Positions 25,682 through 34,654 of a DNA stretch of 37,220 nucleotides are shown here, one piece after another. Under the pieces are notes generated by a model, which did no database searches, had not been told where the DNA came from, and saw only the letters and a program-made list of their open reading frames with translations. Origin of the DNA: an uncultured Bacteroidota bacterium (GTDB lineage: Bacteria > Bacteroidota > Bacteroidia > 2-12-FULL-35-15); assembly GCA_903881065.1 (NCBI GenBank), contig CAIRRW010000046.1, positions 1 to 37,220 on the forward strand, in the 5' to 3' direction. The position numbers were made by a program, and so were the translations under genes. The number at the start of each line of letters is the position of its first letter. Position 1 is the first letter of the stretch.

Positions 25682-25755
25682 CTCTCCCTGCTGGACTTGA
25701 ACCAGCGACCCTCTGATTAACAGTCAGATGCTCTAACCAACTGAGCTAAGGAAGA
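25682..25755 (-). tRNA. tRNA-Asn (anticodon GTT)
   Basis: The reverse complement folds as TCTTCCT-TA-GCTC-AGTTGGTTA-GAGC-A-TCTGA-CTGTTAA-TCAGA-GGGTC-GCTGG-TTCAAGT-CCAGC-AGGGAGA-G. All four arms pair (one G-U in the acceptor stem). Length 74 nt; CCA is not encoded. Confidence 0.9.
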
Positions 25756-25809
25756 ATGACCTTTTATAAAAAGGAGTGCGAAAGTACTATGTTCTATCCA
25801 AATATACAA

Positions 25810-25817
25810 TATATTTG
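25810..25817 (+). promoter_or_regulatory. candidate -7 promoter box (TAtaTTTG) for the pfkB-family kinase gene
   Basis: Exact TAnnTTTG match 28 nt upstream of the ATG at 25846. Confidence 0.4.
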
Positions 25818-25845
25818 TGCGAAATTTTTAAAAATAATTTAATTT

Positions 25846-26769
25846 ATGAGTTTACTTGTTGTAGGAACTGTTGCTTTTGATGCTATAGAAACTCCTTTCG
25901 GAAAAACCGATAAAATCCTTGGCGGAGCAGCTACCTATATAGGTTTGGCAGCTTCATATTATACCAAAAATATCAATATTGTGTCTGTTGTAGGCGGCGA
26001 TTTTCCAAAAGAAAACATCGACCTCCTCAATCGTCACCATATTAATACCGATGGATTACAAATTATTAAAGAAGGAAAAACCTTCTTTTGGTCCGGCAAA
26101 TATCATAATGATATGAATAGCCGCGATACATTGGTTACCGAATTGAATGTGTTGGAGACATTTAATCCGATTGTTCCTGATTCCTATCAGGATTGTGAGT
26201 TCCTGATGTTGGGTAACTTAAGTCCTCAGGTACAATTGCAAGTACTCGCACAGTTGAAAACCCGCCCAAAATTAATAGTATTGGATACTATGAATTTCTG
26301 GATGGATATAGCGCTTGACGATTTAAAAAAGATAATTGATCAGGTAGATGTACTTACTGTGAATGATGGTGAAGCGCGTCAGCTTTCAGGAGAATACTCG
26401 CTGGTTAAAGCTGCTCAGAAGATATTAAAGATGGGACCTAAGTATTTAATTATTAAAAAAGGCGAGCATGGTGCTTTACTATTTAATAAGGAACAGGTAT
26501 TTTTCGCTCCTGCATTACCTCTTGAAGAAGTATTTGACCCTACAGGTGCAGGTGATTCTTTTGCTGGTGGCTTCATTGGGTATCTGGCTCAAACCAAAGA
26601 TATTTCCTTTGACAATATGAAACGTGCCATCATTTTTGGTTCCGCTACAGCTTCTTTCTGTGTTGAGAAATTCGGTACTGAGAATTTAGTAGGATTAACT
26701 CAAAAACAAGTGGATGATAGAGTTCAGGAGTTTATTAATCTTGTTCAATTTGATATTGCTTTGGTATAA
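25846..26769 (+). CDS. PfkB-family carbohydrate/nucleoside kinase
   Basis: The N-terminal GG motif (GGAATYIGLAAS) and the C-terminal DPTGAGDSFAGGF motif are PfkB signatures. Confidence 0.8.
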   Translation: MSLLVVGTVAFDAIETPFGKTDKILGGAATYIGLAASYYTKNINIVSVVGGDFPKENIDLLNRHHINTDGLQIIKEGKTFFWSGKYHNDMNSRDTLVTELNVLETFNPIVPDSYQDCEFLMLGNLSPQVQLQVLAQLKTRPKLIVLDTMNFWMDIALDDLKKIIDQVDVLTVNDGEARQLSGEYSLVKAAQKILKMGPKYLIIKKGEHGALLFNKEQVFFAPALPLEEVFDPTGAGDSFAGGFIGYLAQTKDISFDNMKRAIIFGSATASFCVEKFGTENLVGLTQKQVDDRVQEFINLVQFDIALV

Positions 26770-26792
26770 TATTTATTGAAACCCATTTAAAT

Positions 26793-26825
26793 AAAAACGT
26801 CCGGTAGAATTACCGGACGTTTTTT
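26793..26825. terminator. bidirectional rho-independent terminator
   Basis: A-run, 10-bp GC-rich stem acgtccggta / taccggacgt with loop gaat, then TTTTT. Lies between convergent pfkB-like and hemB genes. Confidence 0.75.
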
Positions 26826-26849
26826 GTTTTAGACAATCAATGATAAAGC

Positions 26850-27818
26850 CTACAACCAGCCTTTTTCAAATATATCTTTGGTATGATAGGTAATAATAAT
26901 GTTAGCGCCAGCTCTTGCAAACGAATACATATTTTCCATTACAATTTTCTGTTCATCAATCCAGCCATTCGCTGCAGCAGCTTTCACCATTGAATATTCA
27001 CCGGAAACATTATAACATGCAATTGGCAAAAGTGTTGTCTGACGAAGATTAAAAATAACATCCATGTATGCCAAAGCTGGTTTCACCATCAATATATCTG
27101 CACCTTCCGATTCATCGATTATACCTTCGGTCATCGATTCATTTCCGTTTCTATAATCCATCTGGTACGATTTCCTGTCTCCCTTTTGAGGTGCAGAATC
27201 TGCAGCTTCGCGGAAAGGACCATAATAAGCTGAAGCATATTTAATAGAGTAGGACATTATTGCTGTGTTCTCAAATCCGTTTTTGTCAAGCAAATCACGC
27301 ATTGCAGAAATTCTTCCATCCATCATATCAGAAGGCGCAACCATATCAGCACCTGCTCTTGCATGCGCCAATGCCATCTTTGCAAGCACCTCCACCGAAG
27401 AATCATTATGCACATAATCATTATGAATTATTCCACAATGACCGTGCGTAGTGTATGCACAAACACAAATGTCGGTTATTACATAAATGCTGTCACCAAA
27501 CTTTTCTTTCAAAGCCGAAACCGCTTTTACAACCACAGAATTAGTACTGAAAGATGAACTCGCATCTTCCGTTTTATCTTCGCCAACTCCAAATAATAGT
27601 ATTTTGTTGATGCCGATTTTTAAACCTTTTTCAACATCTTTTAATAGTTCATCCACCGAAAAGTGGCTAACTCCCGGCATTGCATCAATCGGATGAACAA
27701 CATTTTTTCCAGGCACAACAAAATATGGATAGATAAACATATCCTTTGAAAGCCTTGTTTCCGCAACCATCTCTCTGATGATTGGATTTTTTCTTAATCT
27801 TCTTGGTCTTTGTATCAT
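26850..27818 (-). CDS. hemB: porphobilinogen synthase (delta-aminolevulinate dehydratase)
   Basis: The N-terminus MIQRPRRLRKNPIIREMV, the metal/active-site region (DICVCAYTTHGHCG) and the Schiff-base lysine context (MVKPALAY) are recognisable. Confidence 0.9.
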   Translation of the reverse strand: MIQRPRRLRKNPIIREMVAETRLSKDMFIYPYFVVPGKNVVHPIDAMPGVSHFSVDELLKDVEKGLKIGINKILLFGVGEDKTEDASSSFSTNSVVVKAVSALKEKFGDSIYVITDICVCAYTTHGHCGIIHNDYVHNDSSVEVLAKMALAHARAGADMVAPSDMMDGRISAMRDLLDKNGFENTAIMSYSIKYASAYYGPFREAADSAPQKGDRKSYQMDYRNGNESMTEGIIDESEGADILMVKPALAYMDVIFNLRQTTLLPIACYNVSGEYSMVKAAAANGWIDEQKIVMENMYSFARAGANIIITYHTKDIFEKGWL

Positions 27819-27830
27819 TTTATTTGTTTT

Positions 27831-29390
27831 TTAAATTCCGAAAACCGCTTCTGCTAACCCTGATTCATCAAATGAAACCGGCAGTACACAGTTTTCAACT
27901 CCTTTTTCTATTAATTTCTTTTCTGTTGATTTTCCTATTGCTATTACTTTTTGTGTAGCGTTTATTTTTCCTTTTTCAAAATAGGATTCTACGTTTGAAG
28001 GACTTGTAAATACAACTATTTCCACTTCAGGCATACTTGCATTTTCCTTTTTCACTGTTTCATAAACTACTATATCCGACAGTTTACTCGCATCAGCAAA
28101 TTGTTGTTGAATAGTTCGCAAACCGCCTTTAGCCTGCGGAAACAATACAGTTTCTTCGCCAACAGCTTTCGCGAATTTCTTCCCTACTACTTTTGTATCA
28201 TTTATAGAACCAACAAAAGCCGCATTTCTATTGTGTTTTTTTAATTCCAGTTCTGTTGACTTGCCGATAACACCAAACTTTGTTTTCGGTTTTAGTTCAG
28301 GATTTTGATTAAAGAAATGTTCCACAGCATTTCCACTTGCAAAAAATACCCAATCCGTTTGTGGAACATTTGCAATTGCAACAGGTTTAATTTCTATAAA
28401 CGAAACTCCCTGTACTTTATATCCATTGCCTTCCAATACGTTTTTAAAGAAAGAATTCTCTTTCAAATCACGTGTAATTAATACGGAAGTTCCTTTAATA
28501 GTATTTAATTTATTGACAATCTTCTCTGCAAACCCTTCATCAGTGAACGATTCAAAGTACAAACGTTTTGGCATTGTATTCCACGCATCCGATTTTGAAG
28601 CCCAAACCTTAAACTTATTATCTTCTTTTATACAATAAATTCCCAATGGCAACTGACAACCTCCATCAAATAAATTCAGTACTTTACGCTCTACACCTAT
28701 TATGTCTTCTACCTTTTCCGAATTTAATTTATTTATATATTCAAACAATTCGTGATCATCTTCTCTTATCTGCAATCCCAAAACCCCTTGTGCAGGCGCA
28801 GGAATAAACTCCTTAGGGTCTAACCTTACCACTTTAAATTCGCTTAAATCAATACGCAAACGCTCAACACCTGCAGCTGCAAGCATTATAGCATCATACT
28901 TTTTATCGCGTAGCTTTTGAATGCGTGTAGGAACATTTCCACGCAGTTCTTCAATTATTATATCATCTCTGAAAGCAAGCAACTGCGATTTTCTTCTTGC
29001 TGAAGAAGTGCCCACTTTGGCGTTCTTTTTAAAAGAAAACTTCAGTCCGTTTTCAACTGCTTCTTTTCTTATCACAATTAATTCTGCAGCATCTTCACGT
29101 TCGGAAACAGCAGCAATCTTTAATCCTTCGGGAGATGTGGTTGGTAAATCTTTATGTGAGTGAACAGCAAGATCAATCTCTTTTTTTAGTAAGGCTTCTT
29201 CAATTTCCTTTGTAAAGAAACCTTTTCCTTCCAGTTTATCAAAACTTAAATTCTGAATGGCGTCGCCCTGTGTAGTTATTATTTTTAGTTCGGCAGTAAG
29301 TCCAAGCTTTTGCACTTTTCTTAATACATGATTTGCCTGCCACAAAGCTAAATCGCTTCCTCTGCTTCCGATTATTATTTTTCTTTCCAC
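27831..29390 (-). CDS. hemC: fused hydroxymethylbilane synthase / uroporphyrinogen-III synthase
   Basis: The N-terminal roughly 300 aa are HemC (IIGSRGSDLALWQA, GNVPTRIQKL). The C-terminal roughly 220 aa are HemD-like (SVLITRDLKE...VFFASGNAVEHF...VVFTSPSNVESY). Confidence 0.85.
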   Translation of the reverse strand: MERKIIIGSRGSDLALWQANHVLRKVQKLGLTAELKIITTQGDAIQNLSFDKLEGKGFFTKEIEEALLKKEIDLAVHSHKDLPTTSPEGLKIAAVSEREDAAELIVIRKEAVENGLKFSFKKNAKVGTSSARRKSQLLAFRDDIIIEELRGNVPTRIQKLRDKKYDAIMLAAAGVERLRIDLSEFKVVRLDPKEFIPAPAQGVLGLQIREDDHELFEYINKLNSEKVEDIIGVERKVLNLFDGGCQLPLGIYCIKEDNKFKVWASKSDAWNTMPKRLYFESFTDEGFAEKIVNKLNTIKGTSVLITRDLKENSFFKNVLEGNGYKVQGVSFIEIKPVAIANVPQTDWVFFASGNAVEHFFNQNPELKPKTKFGVIGKSTELELKKHNRNAAFVGSINDTKVVGKKFAKAVGEETVLFPQAKGGLRTIQQQFADASKLSDIVVYETVKKENASMPEVEIVVFTSPSNVESYFEKGKINATQKVIAIGKSTEKKLIEKGVENCVLPVSFDESGLAEAVFGI

Positions 29391-29432
29391 GTTTTAATAT
29401 GTAATAAGTAATATTTAATATTCCTGCTATGT

Positions 29433-29780
29433 TTATTTCTGCGAATTTTTTCTTGCTGCCGCTAATATACTTGCCAACTCTTTTGCTTCTTTAAATAGTG
29501 GTTCAACTTTTTCTTTAGGTAATAAATTGGTTTCAATTATTAAATCGAGCCAAAGATACGATTCATCTGCTTCTTCAAAAGAAATACTTATTTTAGCAAC
29601 GAAAGCAGCCCGTTATTGACCAATACAAGCGGCTCTGTAATTAGCATAAGCAGACATTGAGCAACGCATTAACTGACCTTGAAAGTATTTACCGAGTGGA
29701 GTTTTAGGAAGAGCGGATGTTAGTTTAACACAACGTAAAGCAAATGTTTTTAACCGTAACTGTAATTCGTTTTTGTCCAC
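29433..29780 (-). pseudogene. four-helix-bundle protein (23S rRNA intervening-sequence protein / Avd-like family) interrupted by an in-frame TAA
   Basis: The minus-strand frame reads VDKNELQLRLKTFALRCVKLTSALPKTPLGKYFQGQLMRCSMSAYANYRAACIGQ*RAAFVAKISISFEEADESYLWLDLIIETNLLPKEKVEPLFKEAKELASILAAARKNSQK*. The stop at 29613-29615 sits where the family usually has Ser/Lys (..A.SKA.F..K). GTG start. Confidence 0.65.
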
Positions 29781-29812
29781 TTTGTACAGTATTACCTATT
29801 AAATATTAATTA

Positions 29813-31042
29813 TTAAATATCACTGCTGCCAGCCATTATATCTTTCGCTAATTTCATTGGTACGCTGATGTATTTTTTCTCCATATAAGCGAGAATTTTA
29901 TCCAGTACTTCTTTTGATTGCAAGTCCATTGAAGATAATTCTTTTGCAAATAAATCATTTGCGCTTTCGCGAATCTGCTTCACTCTCTTCGGCACTTCGC
30001 TCATGGCAAGCTCCACTTTACGTGTTTTTAATATCTGTTTGAACCCTTCAATATTTGCTTCAATAATTTCACGGCAAGCTTCCAGTTCTTTTTCGCGTGA
30101 TTGTAAGTTTTCTTTCGCTACTTCCTGCAAATTATTTACTGCTATCAAATTTACATCATAATTATTCAAAATCTCGGCATCCAAATCATTCGGAATTGCC
30201 AAATCTATTACCACTTTTTTAGTTTTATCATCACCTACAAGGCTTTTATAAATCTCCGGAGTAATCACGCTTTCGGCAGCGCCGGTGCAGGTTACGATAA
30301 TATCAAAACCTTGTTTGTAATTTTTTAGTTCGGATAAAGGATATGCTTTTCCTTTTAATTCAGTGGCCAATACTTCAGCATTTGCAAGGGTTCTGTTGAA
30401 TACAGTAAAGTTGCTGAATTCATGCTTCTTAAGATATTTTGCCATGGTTGTGTTAGTAACACCAGAACCAATAATCACGAAACGCGCATCTTGTTTTATG
30501 TTCAACTCTCTTAGTCTGCGATATGCCAAAGACACAACAGAAACAGGGTTCTTAGCAATATTAGTATGTGTATAAACATCCTTTGCAACCTCTATTGTTT
30601 TCTTAACTGCCAATCTTATCAGATCTCCCGAAAGTCCAAGTTCAGCAGATTTATCATACGCATTTCTCACCTGAGTAATAATTTCGCGTTCGCCTACAAC
30701 AAGCGAATCTATTGACGATGCAACATTAAATAAATGACGCAGTGCATCATCGTTATCATAAACTGAAGCATTATTTACAGCCCAGTTTATATCTTCTGAA
30801 GTCCATGTGGTATCAAAAGCAGAGAAAAATAGTTTCAGAAAATCAGCATTAACAGCAGCTGATGTAATCGCCATAAATTCCACGCGATTGCAAGTAGATA
30901 GATAATACAATTCTTCCAGGTTGGCCTTTGTTTTCAAGTGATCCAATCGTGATTTTAAAGCACTTTCCTCAATATGTAATTTCCCGATGTCATTTAAATC
31001 GGTTGTTTTATGAGTAAAAGCAATAATTTTTATCCGTTGCAT
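29813..31042 (-). CDS. hemA: glutamyl-tRNA reductase
   Basis: The active-site context LSTCNRVEF, the NADPH-binding GSG motif (VIIGSGVTN) and the overall length are recognisable. Clustered with hemC/D and hemB. Confidence 0.9.
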   Translation of the reverse strand: MQRIKIIAFTHKTTDLNDIGKLHIEESALKSRLDHLKTKANLEELYYLSTCNRVEFMAITSAAVNADFLKLFFSAFDTTWTSEDINWAVNNASVYDNDDALRHLFNVASSIDSLVVGEREIITQVRNAYDKSAELGLSGDLIRLAVKKTIEVAKDVYTHTNIAKNPVSVVSLAYRRLRELNIKQDARFVIIGSGVTNTTMAKYLKKHEFSNFTVFNRTLANAEVLATELKGKAYPLSELKNYKQGFDIIVTCTGAAESVITPEIYKSLVGDDKTKKVVIDLAIPNDLDAEILNNYDVNLIAVNNLQEVAKENLQSREKELEACREIIEANIEGFKQILKTRKVELAMSEVPKRVKQIRESANDLFAKELSSMDLQSKEVLDKILAYMEKKYISVPMKLAKDIMAGSSDI

Positions 31043-31204
31043 AATCTTTTATTTCAAGTACAAACTTCGAGATTATTTGTATTGTAAATGTCATGGTATT
31101 GTCAATCTTTGTAAAAGTTGATGAATATCATACAAAAGCAAGTTTTAGTATATATCTGAGAGGAATACTTACCTAATCGAAGGCAAAAAAGTAGTTCCGA
31201 AAGA

Positions 31205-31247
31205 GATTTTATTGTCCCCTAAAATCGTTTTAGGGGACAATAAAATC
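31205..31247. repeat. 20-bp perfect hairpin / palindrome with 3-nt loop
   Basis: gattttattgtcccctaaaa (31205-31224), loop tcg, then ttttaggggacaataaaatc (31228-31247). Lies in the divergent hemA / 31351 intergenic region. Confidence 0.6.
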
Positions 31248-31334
31248 ATTATTTTCCTCCCCGAAATGATTTTTACCTGCATTTTACCAGCCAAACAATA
31301 AAGTTAATAATCCTCAGAAGTGCCAGCCAAACTT

Positions 31335-31342
31335 TATCTTTG
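31335..31342 (+). promoter_or_regulatory. candidate -7 promoter box (TAtcTTTG)
   Basis: Exact TAnnTTTG match only 9 nt upstream of the ATG at 31351. This implies either a near-leaderless mRNA or a later true start such as 31417. Confidence 0.35.
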
Positions 31343-31350
31343 TAGGATAA

Positions 31351-31653
31351 ATGATTTATCTGAAAAAATATCTGCGTTTAAAACTTCTCATCGAAAATGT
31401 ATCTAATTATGAGTTGATGGGTATTTACCGCCCCCAGGCATATATTAAGGGATCTAAGAGTTATTGCACCGAATGTCAGATTGAGTTGTATAAAAAACCA
31501 TTGGAACTGGGCGAAAGCAGAGTGATAAGTGCAGTGCTTTTTGCTCCTCACGGATATGGTGAACATTTAAAACAAGGAAGTTTGTTAACTTTGCGCAATG
31601 GTTTGAATGTGGAAGCCAAAGCCGTAGTGCTCGAAATAATAAATCAGGAATAA
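31351..31653 (+). CDS. small hypothetical protein (start uncertain)
   Basis: 100-aa ORF whose stop overlaps the ATG of the following TPR gene (TAATG). No recognisable domain. Confidence 0.4.
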   Translation: MIYLKKYLRLKLLIENVSNYELMGIYRPQAYIKGSKSYCTECQIELYKKPLELGESRVISAVLFAPHGYGEHLKQGSLLTLRNGLNVEAKAVVLEIINQE

Positions 31654-33554
31654 TGAAGTGTGAATTAAAAAGCATAAACCTTGCAAATGTTGTGTACCTG
31701 CGCATTGTAATTGTTTTGTTTGCATGTATATCAATGCGTACTTCTATTATTGCACAGCCTGGGGGCGTTATTTTACAACCCTACAATCAAAATCCTCAAC
31801 CTACCACTGATGAACAGCTTGCCGATCAGTATTATAAAAACAGAGAGTTCGATAAAGCGTTGGATTATTACGAAAAATTTTATAATCGTAAGTCCCCTGA
31901 CCAGTTTTATGTCCCTTATTTAAATTGTCTGATTGAAACAAAAGACTTCAAAAAGGCAGAAAAAATTGTTAAGAAACAAATAAAACAATATCCAGACAAC
32001 TTAACTTTTAATGTTGATTTAGGTACCGTATATACGCGTTGGGAACAACCTGATAAAGCAAAACAAACATGGGAACAAGCTGTGAAATCAATCAAAAGGG
32101 ATGACCAGGTATTTAATCTTGCTAATTCTTTCAATGCGATTCATCAATATGATTATGCCATTTCTACTTATTTAAAAGGAAGACGAATATCACAAAACAA
32201 CTATCCTTTTAATTTTGAACTGGCCAGTGTTTACAGAGAAAAAGGAGATAAGGCAGCAATGATTGGCGAATATCTTGATGCTCTCGAAATAAATGATTCA
32301 TATATTCAAACGGTTCAAAACTCTTTGCAGACTAGCTTTGCGAGTGATGCTGACCAGCAGCAAAATGATTTATTAAAAACAGAATTACTAAAACGTATTC
32401 AGAGAAGCCCTGACAAAACAATTCTTTCAGAGTTTTTAATTTGGATTCAGATTCAAAAGAGAGATTGGGAAGGTGCATTTATACAGGCCAAAGCACTTGA
32501 TAAACGCAAGAAAGAAGATGGTAACAGAGTGATGGCTCTCGGACAATTGTATACCGAAAACGAAAGTTATGATATGGCTATCAAAGCCTATCAGTATGTT
32601 ATTTCAAAAGGGAAAGAGCTGCCGTATTATATTAATGCAAGGATAGAATTGATTAATGTATCCTATCAAAAAGTGGTCAGGAAAGGAAATTATTCAACTG
32701 CCGATTTATCGGAATTGGAAAAGAATTTCAATACAGCAATCTCTGAACTGGGCAAATCGGCAGGCACTGAGCCGTTGTTAAAAAATCTTGCTCATTTACA
32801 GGCGTTCTACATACATAAACCAGAGGACGCAGTCGCCTTATTGGAAGAAACGATTGCTTTGCCGCAATTACCGGCTCAAGCACAGGCAGAATGTAAATTG
32901 GAATTGGGTGATATTTATTTAATGACAGGTGATATTTGGGAAGCTTCCTTGCGTTATTCTCAGGTGGAGAAGGCTTTTAAACATGATGAAATAGGTAATG
33001 AAGCAAAATTCAGGAATGCAAAAATATCTTATTATACAGGAGATTTTAAATGGGCCCAGGCACAACTTGATGTATTGAAAGGTGCTACAGCAAAGCTCAT
33101 TTCGAATGATGCAATGGATTTATCATTGTTGATTAGCGACGCAGTAGCTGTGGATACTAATGAAGCCCCGTTATTAATTTTTGCTCGCGCCGATTTACTT
33201 GCATTTCAAAATAAAGATGAGGAGGCCATTGTTAGTTTAGATTCGATAAATAAACTATTCCCTAACCATGCTCTTGCAGATGATATACTTTATAAAAAGT
33301 CAGGCATTGCACTTAAACATGGTGATTTTACAAAGGCGGCCACGTATTATGATACGATTGTAAAAAAATATGGTGACGACATTTTAGGAGATGATGCTCT
33401 TTTTAAATTAGCGGATATAACCGAAAATCAATTTAAAGATTTGGTGAAAGCGAAAGAATTGTATCAGCAATTATTAGAAAAATATCCTGCAAGTTTATAT
33501 GTAGTTGAAGCCAGAAAACGTTTCAGGAAACTTCGTGGAGATGCATTTAATTAA
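31653..33554 (+). CDS. tetratricopeptide (TPR) repeat protein, secreted
   Basis: Hydrophobic N-terminus ending in IIAQ. Multiple TPR-like helical pairs (e.g. ADQYYKNREFDKALDYYEKFY and GDFTKAATYYDTIVKKY). Confidence 0.7.
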   Translation: MKCELKSINLANVVYLRIVIVLFACISMRTSIIAQPGGVILQPYNQNPQPTTDEQLADQYYKNREFDKALDYYEKFYNRKSPDQFYVPYLNCLIETKDFKKAEKIVKKQIKQYPDNLTFNVDLGTVYTRWEQPDKAKQTWEQAVKSIKRDDQVFNLANSFNAIHQYDYAISTYLKGRRISQNNYPFNFELASVYREKGDKAAMIGEYLDALEINDSYIQTVQNSLQTSFASDADQQQNDLLKTELLKRIQRSPDKTILSEFLIWIQIQKRDWEGAFIQAKALDKRKKEDGNRVMALGQLYTENESYDMAIKAYQYVISKGKELPYYINARIELINVSYQKVVRKGNYSTADLSELEKNFNTAISELGKSAGTEPLLKNLAHLQAFYIHKPEDAVALLEETIALPQLPAQAQAECKLELGDIYLMTGDIWEASLRYSQVEKAFKHDEIGNEAKFRNAKISYYTGDFKWAQAQLDVLKGATAKLISNDAMDLSLLISDAVAVDTNEAPLLIFARADLLAFQNKDEEAIVSLDSINKLFPNHALADDILYKKSGIALKHGDFTKAATYYDTIVKKYGDDILGDDALFKLADITENQFKDLVKAKELYQQLLEKYPASLYVVEARKRFRKLRGDAFN

Positions 33555-33572
33555 GATTTTGGAATTGATGTT

Positions 33573-33872
33573 ATGATAATATATAATGTAACAGTGAACA
33601 TAGAAAATGATGTTCGTGAAGAATGGTTGAACTGGATGAAAACTGTCCATATTCCTGATGTAATGAATACAGGATATTTTTTGGAAAATAAGGTTTGCAA
33701 AGTCTTAATAGATGAGGAGCAGGGGACTACTTATTCATTTCAATATACATGTGCCAGTTTGGAAGACCTTAAAGAATATCAACGTCTGCATGCTCCTCGT
33801 TTGCAAAAAGATGTTGCCGATAAATATGCAAACAAGTTTGTAGCATTCAGAACAATATTAGAAATTGTATAA
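33573..33872 (+). CDS. DUF4286-like small protein
   Basis: 99 aa. The pattern MIIYNVTVNIENDVREEWLNWMKTVHIPDVM matches what I recall for DUF4286, which often lies next to rsmA in Bacteroidota. The stop overlaps the rsmA ATG. Confidence 0.5.
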   Translation: MIIYNVTVNIENDVREEWLNWMKTVHIPDVMNTGYFLENKVCKVLIDEEQGTTYSFQYTCASLEDLKEYQRLHAPRLQKDVADKYANKFVAFRTILEIV

Positions 33873-34654
33873 TGAACAATGAAGTAAGAGCGAAAAAACA
33901 TTTAGGACAACATTTCTTGAAAGATGAAAACATTGCTCTTGATATTGTAAAAAGTTTAAAACACACTAACCTTTATTTAAAAGTTTTGGAAGTAGGTCCT
34001 GGTATGGGCGTACTTACAAAATATTTGATTACTGAAACAGCATTTGAAACGTATATAATAGATATAGATTGGGATTCGATTGCCTATCTTAAAAAGAATT
34101 TCCCTGTACTTGAGAATAAAATAATTGAAGGAGATTTTCTTAAACTTGACTTCAATAATTTGTTTAATAATGAACCTTTTGCTGTAATAGGAAATTTTCC
34201 ATATAATATTTCTACTGAAATTTTATTTAAGGTGCTGGATCATAAAAATCAGGTGCCTGAAGTAGTTGGTATGTTTCAGAAAGAAGTAGCAGAGCGTATT
34301 GCAGCCAAGCCAAGGAATAAAACGTATGGTATCACTTCCGTTTTGCTACAGGCATTTTATGATATTGAATATTTATTTACAGTAAATGAAAATGTATTTA
34401 ATCCGCCACCGAGGGTTAAATCAGCGGTTATCCGGTTGACCAGAAATAATGTTCAGCAATTGGATTGCAATGAAAAATTATTTAAACAAGTAGTGAAAGC
34501 CGGTTTTAATCAGCGAAGAAAAACATTACGAAATTCGATCAAAGCATTTAAATTGAAACCTGAATATTTAGATCATAAATATTTAACACAGCGTGCAGAA
34601 GAGTTATCGGTAGCTGATTTTGTGGCGTTGACAAATATGGTAGAAGTAAATTAA
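33872..34654 (+). CDS. rsmA: 16S rRNA (adenine1518-N6/adenine1519-N6)-dimethyltransferase
   Basis: The KsgA/RsmA signatures KKHLGQHFL, EVGPGMGVLT, GNFPYNIST and FNQRRKTLRN are present. Confidence 0.9.
   Translation: MNNEVRAKKHLGQHFLKDENIALDIVKSLKHTNLYLKVLEVGPGMGVLTKYLITETAFETYIIDIDWDSIAYLKKNFPVLENKIIEGDFLKLDFNNLFNNEPFAVIGNFPYNISTEILFKVLDHKNQVPEVVGMFQKEVAERIAAKPRNKTYGITSVLLQAFYDIEYLFTVNENVFNPPPRVKSAVIRLTRNNVQQLDCNEKLFKQVVKAGFNQRRKTLRNSIKAFKLKPEYLDHKYLTQRAEELSVADFVALTNMVEVN

Larger units (their letters stand above)
15770..25724. mobile_element. integrative genomic island in tRNA-Asn(GTT), about 9.9 kb
   Basis: Perfect 47-bp direct repeats sit at both ends. A tyrosine integrase lies next to the intact tRNA. 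The island carries a mobile-element gene set (RadC-JAB, AAA_24 ATPase, DUF932/3871-like, XRE). The interior looks more AT-rich than the flanks by eye. Confidence 0.8.
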
